Positions 8,019-18,518 of a DNA stretch of 64,000 bases are shown in pieces. The stretch is from assembly GCA_951812825.1 (NCBI GenBank), contig OX638324.1:2203141-2267140 (forward strand), read 5' to 3'. The stretch's first letter is position 1; every line of letters begins with the position of its first letter. Made by a program: the position numbers and the translations under genes. The DNA is from an uncultured Dehalococcoidia bacterium (GTDB lineage: Bacteria; Chloroflexota; Dehalococcoidia; Lucifugimonadales; GCA-2712585). Under the pieces are notes generated by a model. The model was not told the DNA's origin, did no database searches, and saw only the letters and a program-made list of their open reading frames with translations.

Positions 8019-8294
8019 CTACCCGCCGGCTACTGCGGGTACGATGCTAATCTCGTCGCCGGACTGGGTGGCGGTGTCCACGCCCTGGAGGAACCGGACA
8101 TCCTCGCCGTTGAGGTAGATGTTGACGAAATAGCGGAGCTGTCCGGACTCGTCCATGACCCGTTCCTTGAAGCCGGGATAGTCGCTCTCCATGCTTTCGA
8201 TGAACTCGCCGATAGTGGAAGCTTCCACCTCGACCTTGTCCTGATTATTGGTAAGCCGCCGAAGGGGTGTGGGCACCCGGACCATAACTCCCAT
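8019..8294 (-). CDS. MoaD/ThiS-family ubiquitin-like sulfur-carrier protein (C-terminal Gly-Gly)
   Basis: 91 aa ending ...GDEISIVPAVAGG*. Beta-grasp-like length and strong RBS AAGGAGG. Confidence 0.75.
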   Translation of the reverse strand: MGVMVRVPTPLRRLTNNQDKVEVEASTIGEFIESMESDYPGFKERVMDESGQLRYFVNIYLNGEDVRFLQGVDTATQSGDEISIVPAVAGG

Positions 8295-8341
8295 TAGCCG
8301 GTAACCTCCTTAGAACCGAAAGGGTTGACTATTGCGATGTG

Positions 8342-8350
8342 ATTATACCA
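8342..8350 (-). promoter_or_regulatory. Extended -10 promoter element (TGGTATAAT) upstream of the MoaD-like gene
   Basis: The minus strand reads TGGTATAAT about 48 nt upstream of the ATG. No good -35 element. Confidence 0.4.
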
Positions 8351-8432
8351 GAGCCGGAGTTGACGTGTTAGACTCCCGCCTGTGCGGTAGTGACTGGAAG
8401 GGTGCTAAGATCGGGTTGGTGGAATGGGACTT

Positions 8433-8675
8433 TCAGCCTTCTACCACGTCTCCCGCGATGGGGTCTACCCGGACGCCGAGGGAACTGACCCAAGCGACGC
8501 CGCGGTTAATCTCGTCCAGAGAACCTTCCAGCTCGAGGATGACCCAGCCCATCTCGTCGCGAACGTCGGCGCGCCGGATGTTTGTGACCACGTCGTACTT
8601 CTTGCCCAGGTTGTAGATAATGGGCTGTGTTACAAGGGCGGTGGGGAAGGTAAATTTCACGCGCTGCTTGTCCAA
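8433..8675 (-). CDS. Stand-alone NIL-domain protein (MetN C-terminal-like ferredoxin-fold ligand-binding domain)
   Basis: 80 aa: VKFTFPTALVTQPIIYNLGKKYDVVTNIRRADVRDEMGWVILELEG resembles the NIL domain. The TTG start has its RBS GGAGG overlapping the stop of the upstream ThrC-like gene. Confidence 0.6.
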   Translation of the reverse strand: MDKQRVKFTFPTALVTQPIIYNLGKKYDVVTNIRRADVRDEMGWVILELEGSLDEINRGVAWVSSLGVRVDPIAGDVVEG

Positions 8676-8680
8676 ATCGT

Positions 8681-9922
8681 TTACCTCCGCACCGGGGTTT
8701 GGCCGTTGAGGGCCGCTTCGAAGTCTTTCATGGTGGGCTTGATGGTCAGGGGTTGGGCAACGTCGCTGATAACCTCCTGGGTCTTGAGGCCGTTGCCGGT
8801 GATGAAGGCGACGGTGAGTTCGTCCTTGCCTATAAGGCCACGCTTGACCAGGTTCTTGAGAGCAGATATGACAACGCCGCCGGCGGTCTCGGTGAAGATT
8901 CCCTCGGTCTCGGCGAGGAGCTTCATGCCCTCGGCTACTTCTTCCTCCTGGACGCCGTGGGCGGCGCCGCCGGACTGCTTCATGGTCTGGATGGCGTAGA
9001 TGCCATCGGCGGGGTTGCCAATGGCGAGGGACTTGGCGATGGAGTTGGGCCGGACGGGCATGACCATCTCTTCGCCGGCATTGAAAGCGTCGACGACGGG
9101 GGAGCAGCCGACGGCCTGGGCGGCGTACATCCGGGTGGGGACGGGGCCTTCCATGAGGCCGACGTCGACCATTTCGCCGAAGCCCTTCCTGATCTTGGAG
9201 AGGAGGGCGCCGGAGGCCACGGGGACGACGCAGTGGGCGGGGAAGCGCCAGCCAAGCTGCTCGGCCACTTCCAGGCCGAGAGTCTTGCTGCCCTCGGCGT
9301 AGAAGGGGCGCATGTTGATGTTGACGAAGGCCCAGTGGTAGCTATCGGCGATTTCACTGCAGAGGCGGTTGACTTCGTCGTAGCCGCCGTCTATGGCCAT
9401 GATGGTGGGGCCGTAGATGGCGGCGCCGATGACCTTACCGGCCTCCAGGTTGGATGGGATGAAGACCACGGACTTCATCCCAGCGCGGGCGGCGTGGGCC
9501 GCGACGGAGCAGGCGAGGTTTCCGGTGGAGGCGCAACTTAGGGTGTCGAAGCCGAATTCAAGGGCTTTGGTGGCGGCAACGGAGACGACCCGGTCCTTGA
9601 ATGAGAAGGAGGGGTTGACGCTGTCGTTCTTGAGATAGAGGTTGTCCAGGCCGAGGACCTTACCCAGGTTGTTGGCCTTCATCAGGGGCGTATAACCGGC
9701 GTGGATGTCGACGGCGTTGTCGTCGTCCACGGGGAGCAGGTCCTTGTAGCGCCAGATGGTGAGGGGGCCGTCCTCGATGCGGCGACGGCTGGTGGCCCTG
9801 GCGACGGCGTGGTAGTCGTAGGCGACTTCCAAGGGGCCGAAGCAGAAGTCGCACACGTTGAGAGCCTCCACGGGGTATTCCCGGGCGCACTCACGACATC
9901 TTAGGGCGGTTACGAAAGACAT
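8681..9922 (-). CDS. Threonine-synthase-like PLP enzyme with N-terminal Zn-ribbon (second ThrC paralog; candidate MetM-type homocysteine synthase)
   Basis: 413 aa. Contains CRECAREY...CDFC (zinc ribbon) and the PLP lysine motif SFSFKDR. It is distinct from the canonical thrC at 50341-51402. Confidence 0.8.
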   Translation of the reverse strand: MSFVTALRCRECAREYPVEALNVCDFCFGPLEVAYDYHAVARATSRRRIEDGPLTIWRYKDLLPVDDDNAVDIHAGYTPLMKANNLGKVLGLDNLYLKNDSVNPSFSFKDRVVSVAATKALEFGFDTLSCASTGNLACSVAAHAARAGMKSVVFIPSNLEAGKVIGAAIYGPTIMAIDGGYDEVNRLCSEIADSYHWAFVNINMRPFYAEGSKTLGLEVAEQLGWRFPAHCVVPVASGALLSKIRKGFGEMVDVGLMEGPVPTRMYAAQAVGCSPVVDAFNAGEEMVMPVRPNSIAKSLAIGNPADGIYAIQTMKQSGGAAHGVQEEEVAEGMKLLAETEGIFTETAGGVVISALKNLVKRGLIGKDELTVAFITGNGLKTQEVISDVAQPLTIKPTMKDFEAALNGQTPVRR

Positions 9923-9978
9923 TTGCAGCTTATTCGCAGGGTGGGCTGTGCCATTTGGGTGGTAGTTAACGGTTGGGG

Positions 9979-10007
9979 ATAGTAGCAGGCGAGTCGCTTT
10001 CTGTCAA
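9979..10007 (-). promoter_or_regulatory. Sigma-70-type promoter for the ThrC-like/NIL operon
   Basis: The minus strand reads TTGACA-N17-TACTAT about 57 nt upstream of the ATG at 9922. Confidence 0.45.
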
Positions 10008-10095
10008 TTGCAAGGGGTTGGAGTTGACGCATTTCGACGCGGCGGAAGATGGATTCCCGCCTTCGACGGAAATGGCGGCTTGGCGGAATCGGGAT

Positions 10096-10136
10096 GAAAC
10101 GAAAACAGGGGAGGGATTCGTCGAATCCCTCCCCTG
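10096..10136 (-). terminator. Rho-independent terminator of hsp20
   Basis: Perfect 14-bp stem CAGGGGAGGGATTC / GAATCCCTCCCCTG with a 3-nt loop, followed on the minus strand by UUUUCGUUUC. Confidence 0.7.
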
Positions 10137-10179
10137 TCGTAGCGCCGGCGGGGGCGGTTCCCGCCGCGTTAAAGCCGCC

Positions 10180-10608
10180 TCAGGACTTGATGTCGATCTT
10201 GTGGACCTGGGCCTTGGTCTCCTCGCTCTTGGGAATGGTGATGGTGAGGATGCCGTCCTCGAAGGACGCCTCCGCCATTTCGGGCTGTAGGCCCCGAGGC
10301 AGCCGCATGGTGCGTTGGAAGGCGTTGAAGCCGTGCTCCTTCATGACGTACTGCTTCTCCTCGGACTCCTTGCGACCCTTCATTACGAGCCAATTGCCGC
10401 TGATGCTGAGGTCCACGTCGTCGGCCTTGAAACCGGGAGCGGCGGCCCGCAGAACCAGGGACTCGTCGGTGTAGAAGGCATCCATGGGAAGGGCGTTCTC
10501 GGGAGTGCCGTGCCGGGGCATAAGGCCGTAGTTGTGGGGGAACATCCTGAACACGTCGCGCTCCATTCTGCGAAGGTTATGGAAGGGGTTCCAGCGCTGG
10601 ATAGCCAT
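10180..10608 (-). CDS. Hsp20/alpha-crystallin small heat-shock protein
   Basis: Alpha-crystallin domain (VLRAAAPGFKADDVDLSISGNWLVMKG...RTMRLPRGL...ASFEDGILTITIPK). The start at ATG 10608 follows GGAGGAAAC. The longer ORF to 10668 is rejected. Confidence 0.9.
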   Translation of the reverse strand: MAIQRWNPFHNLRRMERDVFRMFPHNYGLMPRHGTPENALPMDAFYTDESLVLRAAAPGFKADDVDLSISGNWLVMKGRKESEEKQYVMKEHGFNAFQRTMRLPRGLQPEMAEASFEDGILTITIPKSEETKAQVHKIDIKS

Positions 10609-10673
10609 TAAGTTTCCTCCTGAGTTTTTTTGTCTTGGAAGACCCATTTGGGCTTCCGTAACTGACAATAGTG

Positions 10674-10702
10674 ATTATACATAGTTGATAAGTTACTGTC
10701 AA
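10674..10702 (-). promoter_or_regulatory. Consensus sigma-70 promoter of hsp20
   Basis: The minus strand reads TTGACA-N17-TATAAT, perfect consensus in both hexamers and spacing. Confidence 0.6.
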
Positions 10703-10754
10703 GTATACTTATTAGAATATTGCTAACTTACATAATTATATGCACGCAATTTAG

Positions 10755-10783
10755 TTGACTAAGCTCTATATTATCACTACAAT
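10755..10783 (+). promoter_or_regulatory. Near-consensus sigma-70 promoter of the dnaJ-like/hspR/clpB operon
   Basis: TTGACT-N17-TACAAT, 59 nt upstream of ATG 10842. Confidence 0.55.
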
Positions 10784-10841
10784 ATCAGTAAGGGTATGAG
10801 ATTGAAAACTGGCACAAGCCTGTGGTCCTGAGAGGGTCGAA

Positions 10842-11714
10842 ATGGCCAGCTACTACGACATACTAGGCGTTCCAAAGACAGCAACGGATGCAGACATCCG
10901 CAAGGCGTACCGTCGGCTGGCGCGCCAGCACCACCCGGACGTGAACCCCAACAATGCGGAGGCGGAGGCGAAGTTCAAGGAGGTTAACGAGGCGTACCAG
11001 GTACTTTCCGACGGGGAGAGCCGCAAGAAGTACGACGTGTACGGAGAACGGTGGAAGTACGCGGATCACTTCCAGCAGGCCGGGGACCCTGCCGGGCCTT
11101 TCGTGTGGCGTTCCACGTGGACGGGGGGCAGCAGCGTCTTCGACGGGATGGGACCCGACCTGTTCGACGGGCTTTTTGGTGGGAGGAACCGCGGCTTTGC
11201 CTCCGTAAAGGTGGAGCACCCCGTGTCTGTCACCCTTGAGGAGGCCTACGCAGGAACGACGAGGCTGCTGGGTGTGCCGTCTGCATCGGGGGTCACGCAG
11301 AAGCTGGAGGTGAAGATACCGCCGGGGGTGGACAACGGCTCGCGGGTCAACGTTGCCTACGACAATGGCGGGAGCGGAGGCATCAGGTTAAAGGTGACGG
11401 CGCTTCCGCACTCGCGGTTCAGGCGAGAGGGGGCAAACCTTTGGGGGGAGGTGGATGTGCCGATGCTGGACGCAGTGCTGGGAGGCAGCGTTTCCGTGGG
11501 CACGCTGAGGGGACGGGTGGAGCTGACGATTCCACCGGAGACGCAGAACGGGCAGACCTTCCGGCTCGGGGGGCGAGGGATGCCCCACTTGAACGATCCG
11601 ACGAGGTTTGGCGACCTTTTCGTGAAGGCCCGTGTGATTGTGCCCAAGGGATTGAGTGAAGAAGAACGGGGTCTGTTCCAGCAGCTTCGTGACCTGAGAT
11701 CTGCAAGGAGATAG
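10842..11714 (+). CDS. J-domain co-chaperone, CbpA-type DnaJ (no Zn-finger domain)
   Basis: J domain [32 protein letters not shown]. The C-terminal DnaJ_C repeats are present and the CxxCxGxG repeats are absent. Confidence 0.85.
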   Translation: MASYYDILGVPKTATDADIRKAYRRLARQHHPDVNPNNAEAEAKFKEVNEAYQVLSDGESRKKYDVYGERWKYADHFQQAGDPAGPFVWRSTWTGGSSVFDGMGPDLFDGLFGGRNRGFASVKVEHPVSVTLEEAYAGTTRLLGVPSASGVTQKLEVKIPPGVDNGSRVNVAYDNGGSGGIRLKVTALPHSRFRREGANLWGEVDVPMLDAVLGGSVSVGTLRGRVELTIPPETQNGQTFRLGGRGMPHLNDPTRFGDLFVKARVIVPKGLSEEERGLFQQLRDLRSARR

Positions 11715-11718
11715 GAAT

Positions 11719-12074
11719 ATGGCTTTTGAGCGAGACCACAGCGCGGAACCGTGCTATGTCATCAGTATTGCAGCCAGAATGGTAGGATTGCACGCCCAGA
11801 CTCTGAGATACTATGAACGGGCGGGGCTGCTTTCCCCCTCGCGCTCTCTTGGCCGGCAGCGTCTGTATTCGCCGCTGGACGTGCAGAGGATTCTTCGCAT
11901 CAAGGCTTTGACGGAGGAGATGGGGGTGAATCTGGCAGGGGCGGAGGTGGCATTGCGGCTGATGGCGCAGATCAGGGAGCTGCAGGCGGAGAATGAGGGG
12001 TTGAAGCAAGAGATTAGACGGTTGAAGTCCAGGGCCGAATCCGGCAGACGGACGGCCCGGAGGAGGATATCCTG

Positions 12075-12075
<1 letters not shown>
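11719..12075 (+). CDS. hspR: MerR-family heat-shock regulator HspR
   Basis: MerR HTH (YVISIAARMVGLHAQTLRYYERAGLL) plus a coiled-coil tail. It sits between dnaJ-like and clpB, the classical HspR context. Confidence 0.75.
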
Positions 12076-14543
<2,468 letters not shown>

Positions 14544-14566
14544 CCTTCCCCCATCAAGGAGGAAGG
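14544..14566. repeat. GC-rich hairpin CCTTCC-N11-GGAAGG immediately after the clpB stop (family with 28670-28692)
   Basis: The reverse complement CCTTCCTCCTTGATGGGGGAAGG resembles CCTCTCCCTTGATGGGAGAGG at 28671-28691. Confidence 0.6.
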
Positions 14567-14783
14567 AAGAAGAAAGATTTCCGCCTGCGCCGGGATAGTA
14601 GTGGGTGGGTAGGGCTATTCATAATCTTGCCCGCCTGTGCTATGCTAGAGAAAGCACTATTTTTCAACTCTCACCACGCTCAGGCTTGAGAAAAATCGGC
14701 TTTGCCAATGCACTATTCGCTTTCTTCAGGATTTCCCTCAGGCCCCAGGGGTGGACGGGAGGAGTAGTTAGGTAGCTGGTTAG

Positions 14784-15830
14784 TTGTTTGTAAGGCTTGC
14801 ATCCTTTGTGGTCTTTGCTGTCATTGGATGGCAGATTAGCCTTGCGTTATCGCCAGCCTCCAACGAGGGTGAGGGCTATCTGCCCTGGGGCCTCGCAATC
14901 ACCGCCATCACCGTGGTAAGCGGCATCGCGGGGGGCATTTACGGGCCACGCCTGATTGACACCTTGACCAGGGCGGTGGATGAGGTCTCCAGGGTGTCCT
15001 TGAGCACCATAGTTTCCGGTACACTGGGGCTGGTCGTGGGTCTCATCGTGGCGGCCCTTGTCTCCATCCCCTTCTTCCAGCTGCCGGGAGAGCTGAACTG
15101 GATAATTCCCTTCATCATCATGGGCACCTTCGCCTTTGTGGGCCTTTCCATAGGACTGCATAGGGAGCAGGATCTGCACCTGATACTGCCGGGAGCGGGG
15201 GGAGGTTCGAGGCCGTCGACCGGCGCGAAGGTGCGCATCCTTATGGACACCAGCGCAATCATCGACGGGCGGATCGGAGACCTGAGCGAAACGGGCTTCG
15301 TCCAGGGATCGTTAATCGTCCCACAGTTTGTGCTGGACGAACTGCGGCACATTGCCGATTCCAGCGACTCTATAAGGCGGACGCGGGGACGACGAGGTCT
15401 GGAGGTGCTTGCGAATCTCCGCCGGAACAACGACCTGCCGATACAGTTTACGGACGCGCAGGTGCCGCGGGGCGGGGAGGTGGACACGGAGCTGGTGCGG
15501 ATGGCCAAGGAGATTAAGGCGTACATTCTCACCACGGACTACAACCTCAACCGGGTGGCGGAACTGAACGGGGTCCACGTGCTCAACGTGAACCAGCTGG
15601 CCAACGCTCTCAAGCCCGTGGTTCTGCCCGGGGAAACCCTGGCGGTGAACATTATTCAGGAGGGGAAGGAGCTGGGGCAGGGGGTGGCGTTCCTGGACGA
15701 TGGGACCATGGTAGTGGTGGAAGGGGGTCGGCGCTTCATCAACTCCATTCAGGAAGTGACCGTCACGCGGGTGCTTCAGACGGCGGCGGGACGCATTATC
15801 TTTGCCCAGCCGCGGGGCGTCTATAGATGA
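14784..15830 (+). CDS. PIN- and TRAM-domain membrane protein (YacL-like)
   Basis: N-terminal TM helices, PIN core (ILMDTSAIIDGRI...VPQFVLDELRHIADS) and a C-terminal TRAM-like beta domain. Conserved yacL-ispD-ispF-cysS order. The start (TTG) is uncertain. Confidence 0.75.
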   Translation: MFVRLASFVVFAVIGWQISLALSPASNEGEGYLPWGLAITAITVVSGIAGGIYGPRLIDTLTRAVDEVSRVSLSTIVSGTLGLVVGLIVAALVSIPFFQLPGELNWIIPFIIMGTFAFVGLSIGLHREQDLHLILPGAGGGSRPSTGAKVRILMDTSAIIDGRIGDLSETGFVQGSLIVPQFVLDELRHIADSSDSIRRTRGRRGLEVLANLRRNNDLPIQFTDAQVPRGGEVDTELVRMAKEIKAYILTTDYNLNRVAELNGVHVLNVNQLANALKPVVLPGETLAVNIIQEGKELGQGVAFLDDGTMVVVEGGRRFINSIQEVTVTRVLQTAAGRIIFAQPRGVYR

Positions 15831-16540
15831 CGACGGACGACACGCCTTCCCGCGGCACTGTGGGGGTTGTGATTGTTGGCGCGGGCAGGGGTATGCGCAT
15901 GGGCGGGATGGACAAGGTCTTTGCGCCCATACTGGGACTCTCGATGATTGCGTATTCGCTGAAGACTTTTGCGATGATGCGGGAGGTGAACAGCATTGCG
16001 CTGGTGCTCTCCGAGAAGCGTTTGAGGGAGGCGCGTCGTCTGGCGACCGCCTTTGGAATGGGCAAGGTGAAGGCCATGTGCGGAGGCGGCGAGAGGCGTC
16101 AAGACTCGGTGCGGGCCGGCCTGGAGGCTCTGGGCGAGTGTGACTGGGTAGCGGTGCACGACGCCGCCCGGCCACTGGTGGACGGGCGGCTGGTGCTTCG
16201 GGGGCTGAAGGCCGCAGCGGAAACGGGAGCGGCGGTCTGCGCCGTGCCCGTGAAGGACACCATCAAGGTTGTCTCGGATGATGGCGCAGTGCTGGAGACC
16301 CCTCCCCGGGAGACGCTATGGCAGGTGCAAACGCCGCAAATCTTCCGCTACGAAACGCTGATGAAGGCCCATCAAGAATGCAACGGCGATTTCACCGACG
16401 ACGCGGCCATGGTCGAGAGCCTGGGCGTGGAGGTAAAGGTGTTCTTCGGGTCCTATCGCAACGTGAAGGTGACCACACCGGAGGACCTGTCGGTTGCGGA
16501 GGCGCTGATGACGCGTCCCGGAACGAGTGCAGCCCTGTGA
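15827..16540 (+). CDS. ispD: 2-C-methyl-D-erythritol 4-phosphate cytidylyltransferase
   Basis: GVVIVGAGRGMRMG motif, IspD length, followed by ispF. Confidence 0.9.
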   Translation: MTTDDTPSRGTVGVVIVGAGRGMRMGGMDKVFAPILGLSMIAYSLKTFAMMREVNSIALVLSEKRLREARRLATAFGMGKVKAMCGGGERRQDSVRAGLEALGECDWVAVHDAARPLVDGRLVLRGLKAAAETGAAVCAVPVKDTIKVVSDDGAVLETPPRETLWQVQTPQIFRYETLMKAHQECNGDFTDDAAMVESLGVEVKVFFGSYRNVKVTTPEDLSVAEALMTRPGTSAAL

Positions 16541-16542
16541 GT

Positions 16543-17019
16543 ATGCGGGTGGGCATGGGATTCGACGCCCATCCCCTTGTGGAAGAAAGGCCGCTGATTC
16601 TTGGGGGCGTTGAGGTCCCTTACGAAAAGGGTCTCTCCGGTCATAGCGACGGCGACGTGGTGGTGCACGCCATCATGGATGCGTTATTGGGCGCCGCCGC
16701 CCTGGGGGACAAGGGGGTCCACTTTCCTTCCAGCGACCCTTCGCTTGAGGGCATATCAAGCCTGGTGTTGTTGGAACGAACGACTTCTCTGGTGGAGGCT
16801 CTCCGGTGGCGGGTGGTTAACGTGGATGCTACAATACTGGCTCAGCGGCCCCGACTGGTGCCCTTCATCGACGATATGCGAGAGAACGTGGCGCAGGCCC
16901 TGGGAACACACAAGACGAACGTGAGCATCAAGGCTACGACCACTGACCACATGGGTTTCACCGGACGCGGAGAGGGTCTGGCGGCCTACGCCGTCGCAAT
17001 GCTGGAGGCCACGTCGTGA
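16543..17019 (+). CDS. ispF: 2-C-methyl-D-erythritol 2,4-cyclodiphosphate synthase
   Basis: MRVGMGFDAHPL...GHSDGDVVVHAIMDALLGA, the canonical IspF motifs. ATG at 16543. Confidence 0.9.
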   Translation: MRVGMGFDAHPLVEERPLILGGVEVPYEKGLSGHSDGDVVVHAIMDALLGAAALGDKGVHFPSSDPSLEGISSLVLLERTTSLVEALRWRVVNVDATILAQRPRLVPFIDDMRENVAQALGTHKTNVSIKATTTDHMGFTGRGEGLAAYAVAMLEATS

Positions 17020-18491
17020 GACTGTACAGCACCCTTTCCGGCGTGGAGAAGGAGTTCGCACCAGCCGGAGAGCGGGTGAAGATGTACGTTTGCGGCATCA
17101 CGCCCTATTCATCCAGCCACGTGGGGCATGCCTTCAGTTCCGTTGTCTTCGACGTGCTGCGCAGATATCTGGAGTTCAAGGGCCTTCAGGTCCAGCACGT
17201 CCAGAATTTTACAGATATTGACGACAAGATAATCTTACGCTCCGCCGAGGAAGGTGTCAGCTACCGGGAGCTTGCGGACCGCTACATCCAAGAGTACACG
17301 GAGGAGCTGTCCCGCCTGCGAGTCAAGCCTGCCCACGTCTATCCCCTGGCCACGGAGGCCATCCCCCGGATGCAGGAGATAATCAGCAAGCTGGTGGAGA
17401 AGGAACATGCTTACGAGTCCGGCGGGGACGTGTATTTTCGGGTGAGCGGTTGCGAGGGATACGGCAAGCTCAGTCATCGTTCAATCAACAGCATGATTGC
17501 CGGTGCGAGGGTGGAAGCGCTGGAGGGCAAGGAACACCCGATGGACTTCGCCCTCTGGAAGACGGCAAAGCCCGGCGAGCCGGCCTGGGAAAGTCCTTGG
17601 GGGCCGGGACGACCGGGCTGGCACATCGAGTGCAGCGCCATTGCCCTGGAACATCTGGGAGAGACGCTGGATATTCACGGCGGGGGCCAGGACCTGGTGT
17701 TTCCCCACCACGAAAACGAGATTGCCCAGAGCGAAAGCTATACGGGCGTGACGCCCTTCGCCCGCTTCTGGGTCCACAACGGGATGATACGGATGGGCGA
17801 AAGCAAGATGAGCAAGTCGCTGGGGAACCTGGTTGGCGTTTCGCAGGCGCTTGAGGGTCACAGCGTTGACGCCCTGCGGCTGTTTTTCCTGGGCTCCCAC
17901 TACCGCAGTCCGTTGAACTACAGCGACGAGAATTTGGACGCGATGGAGCGGGCCGCTGAACGTCTTGGCAACGCTATGCGTCCCGGGGCAGAGAGTTCAG
18001 AAAATGGACATCTGGAAGCGGACCCCTTCGAAGACCGTTTCACGGGTGCCATGGACGACGATCTGAATACGCCGCAGGCGATGGGGGCGCTCTTCGACCT
18101 GGCGCGGGAGATAAACCGGGCCAGGGAACGTCGGGAGTCGGTGGATGCCGCCCAGGCCAGCCTGAGACGGCTGGGGGGGGTGCTGGGGCTAACCTTCGCG
18201 GCGGAAGACCAGGGACAATCCCTGCCCCTGGAGGCGCTGTTGGGTCTCTTTCGGGAAACGGGGTCGCAGCTGAACGCATCGGGGCAGCACAAGCTGGCGG
18301 GATGGGTGGAGGCGCACCTGCAGGACAAAGACGGCGCGACCATTGTGGAGACTCTGCTGGCCATTCGGCGGGAGCTCAGGCAGGCCCGTGAGTACCAGTT
18401 GGCGGACGCTATACGTTCCAGTCTCGGCGAAATCGGCTTTGCATTAGAGGATACCGCCGACGGCACGGCTTGGCGTTTTCGCCCGTCATAG
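17016..18491 (+). CDS. cysS: Cysteine--tRNA ligase
   Basis: HVGHA (HIGH-like) and KMSKSLGN motifs, full length with C-terminal anticodon-binding region. The GTG start overlaps the ispF stop (GTGA). Confidence 0.95.
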   Translation: MRLYSTLSGVEKEFAPAGERVKMYVCGITPYSSSHVGHAFSSVVFDVLRRYLEFKGLQVQHVQNFTDIDDKIILRSAEEGVSYRELADRYIQEYTEELSRLRVKPAHVYPLATEAIPRMQEIISKLVEKEHAYESGGDVYFRVSGCEGYGKLSHRSINSMIAGARVEALEGKEHPMDFALWKTAKPGEPAWESPWGPGRPGWHIECSAIALEHLGETLDIHGGGQDLVFPHHENEIAQSESYTGVTPFARFWVHNGMIRMGESKMSKSLGNLVGVSQALEGHSVDALRLFFLGSHYRSPLNYSDENLDAMERAAERLGNAMRPGAESSENGHLEADPFEDRFTGAMDDDLNTPQAMGALFDLAREINRARERRESVDAAQASLRRLGGVLGLTFAAEDQGQSLPLEALLGLFRETGSQLNASGQHKLAGWVEAHLQDKDGATIVETLLAIRRELRQAREYQLADAIRSSLGEIGFALEDTADGTAWRFRPS

Positions 18492-18518
18492 CAGCTCAGA
18501 ACTTGGGCCTGCAGCCGG

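Noticed and set aside
14544-14783. 240-nt clpB/yacL-like spacer as a possible small RNA (weak hairpin GTGCT...AGCAC followed by TATTTTT at about 14635-14665)
   Set aside because: It has only a 5-bp stem, no convincing promoter and no recognisable ncRNA family features.
17016-18491. cysS as a possible MshC (mycothiol ligase) for the MshA/B/D-like genes
   Set aside because: It is full length with a C-terminal anticodon-binding region and KMSKS motif, and it sits in the conserved yacL-ispD-ispF-cysS context. This fits the housekeeping CysRS, not MshC.
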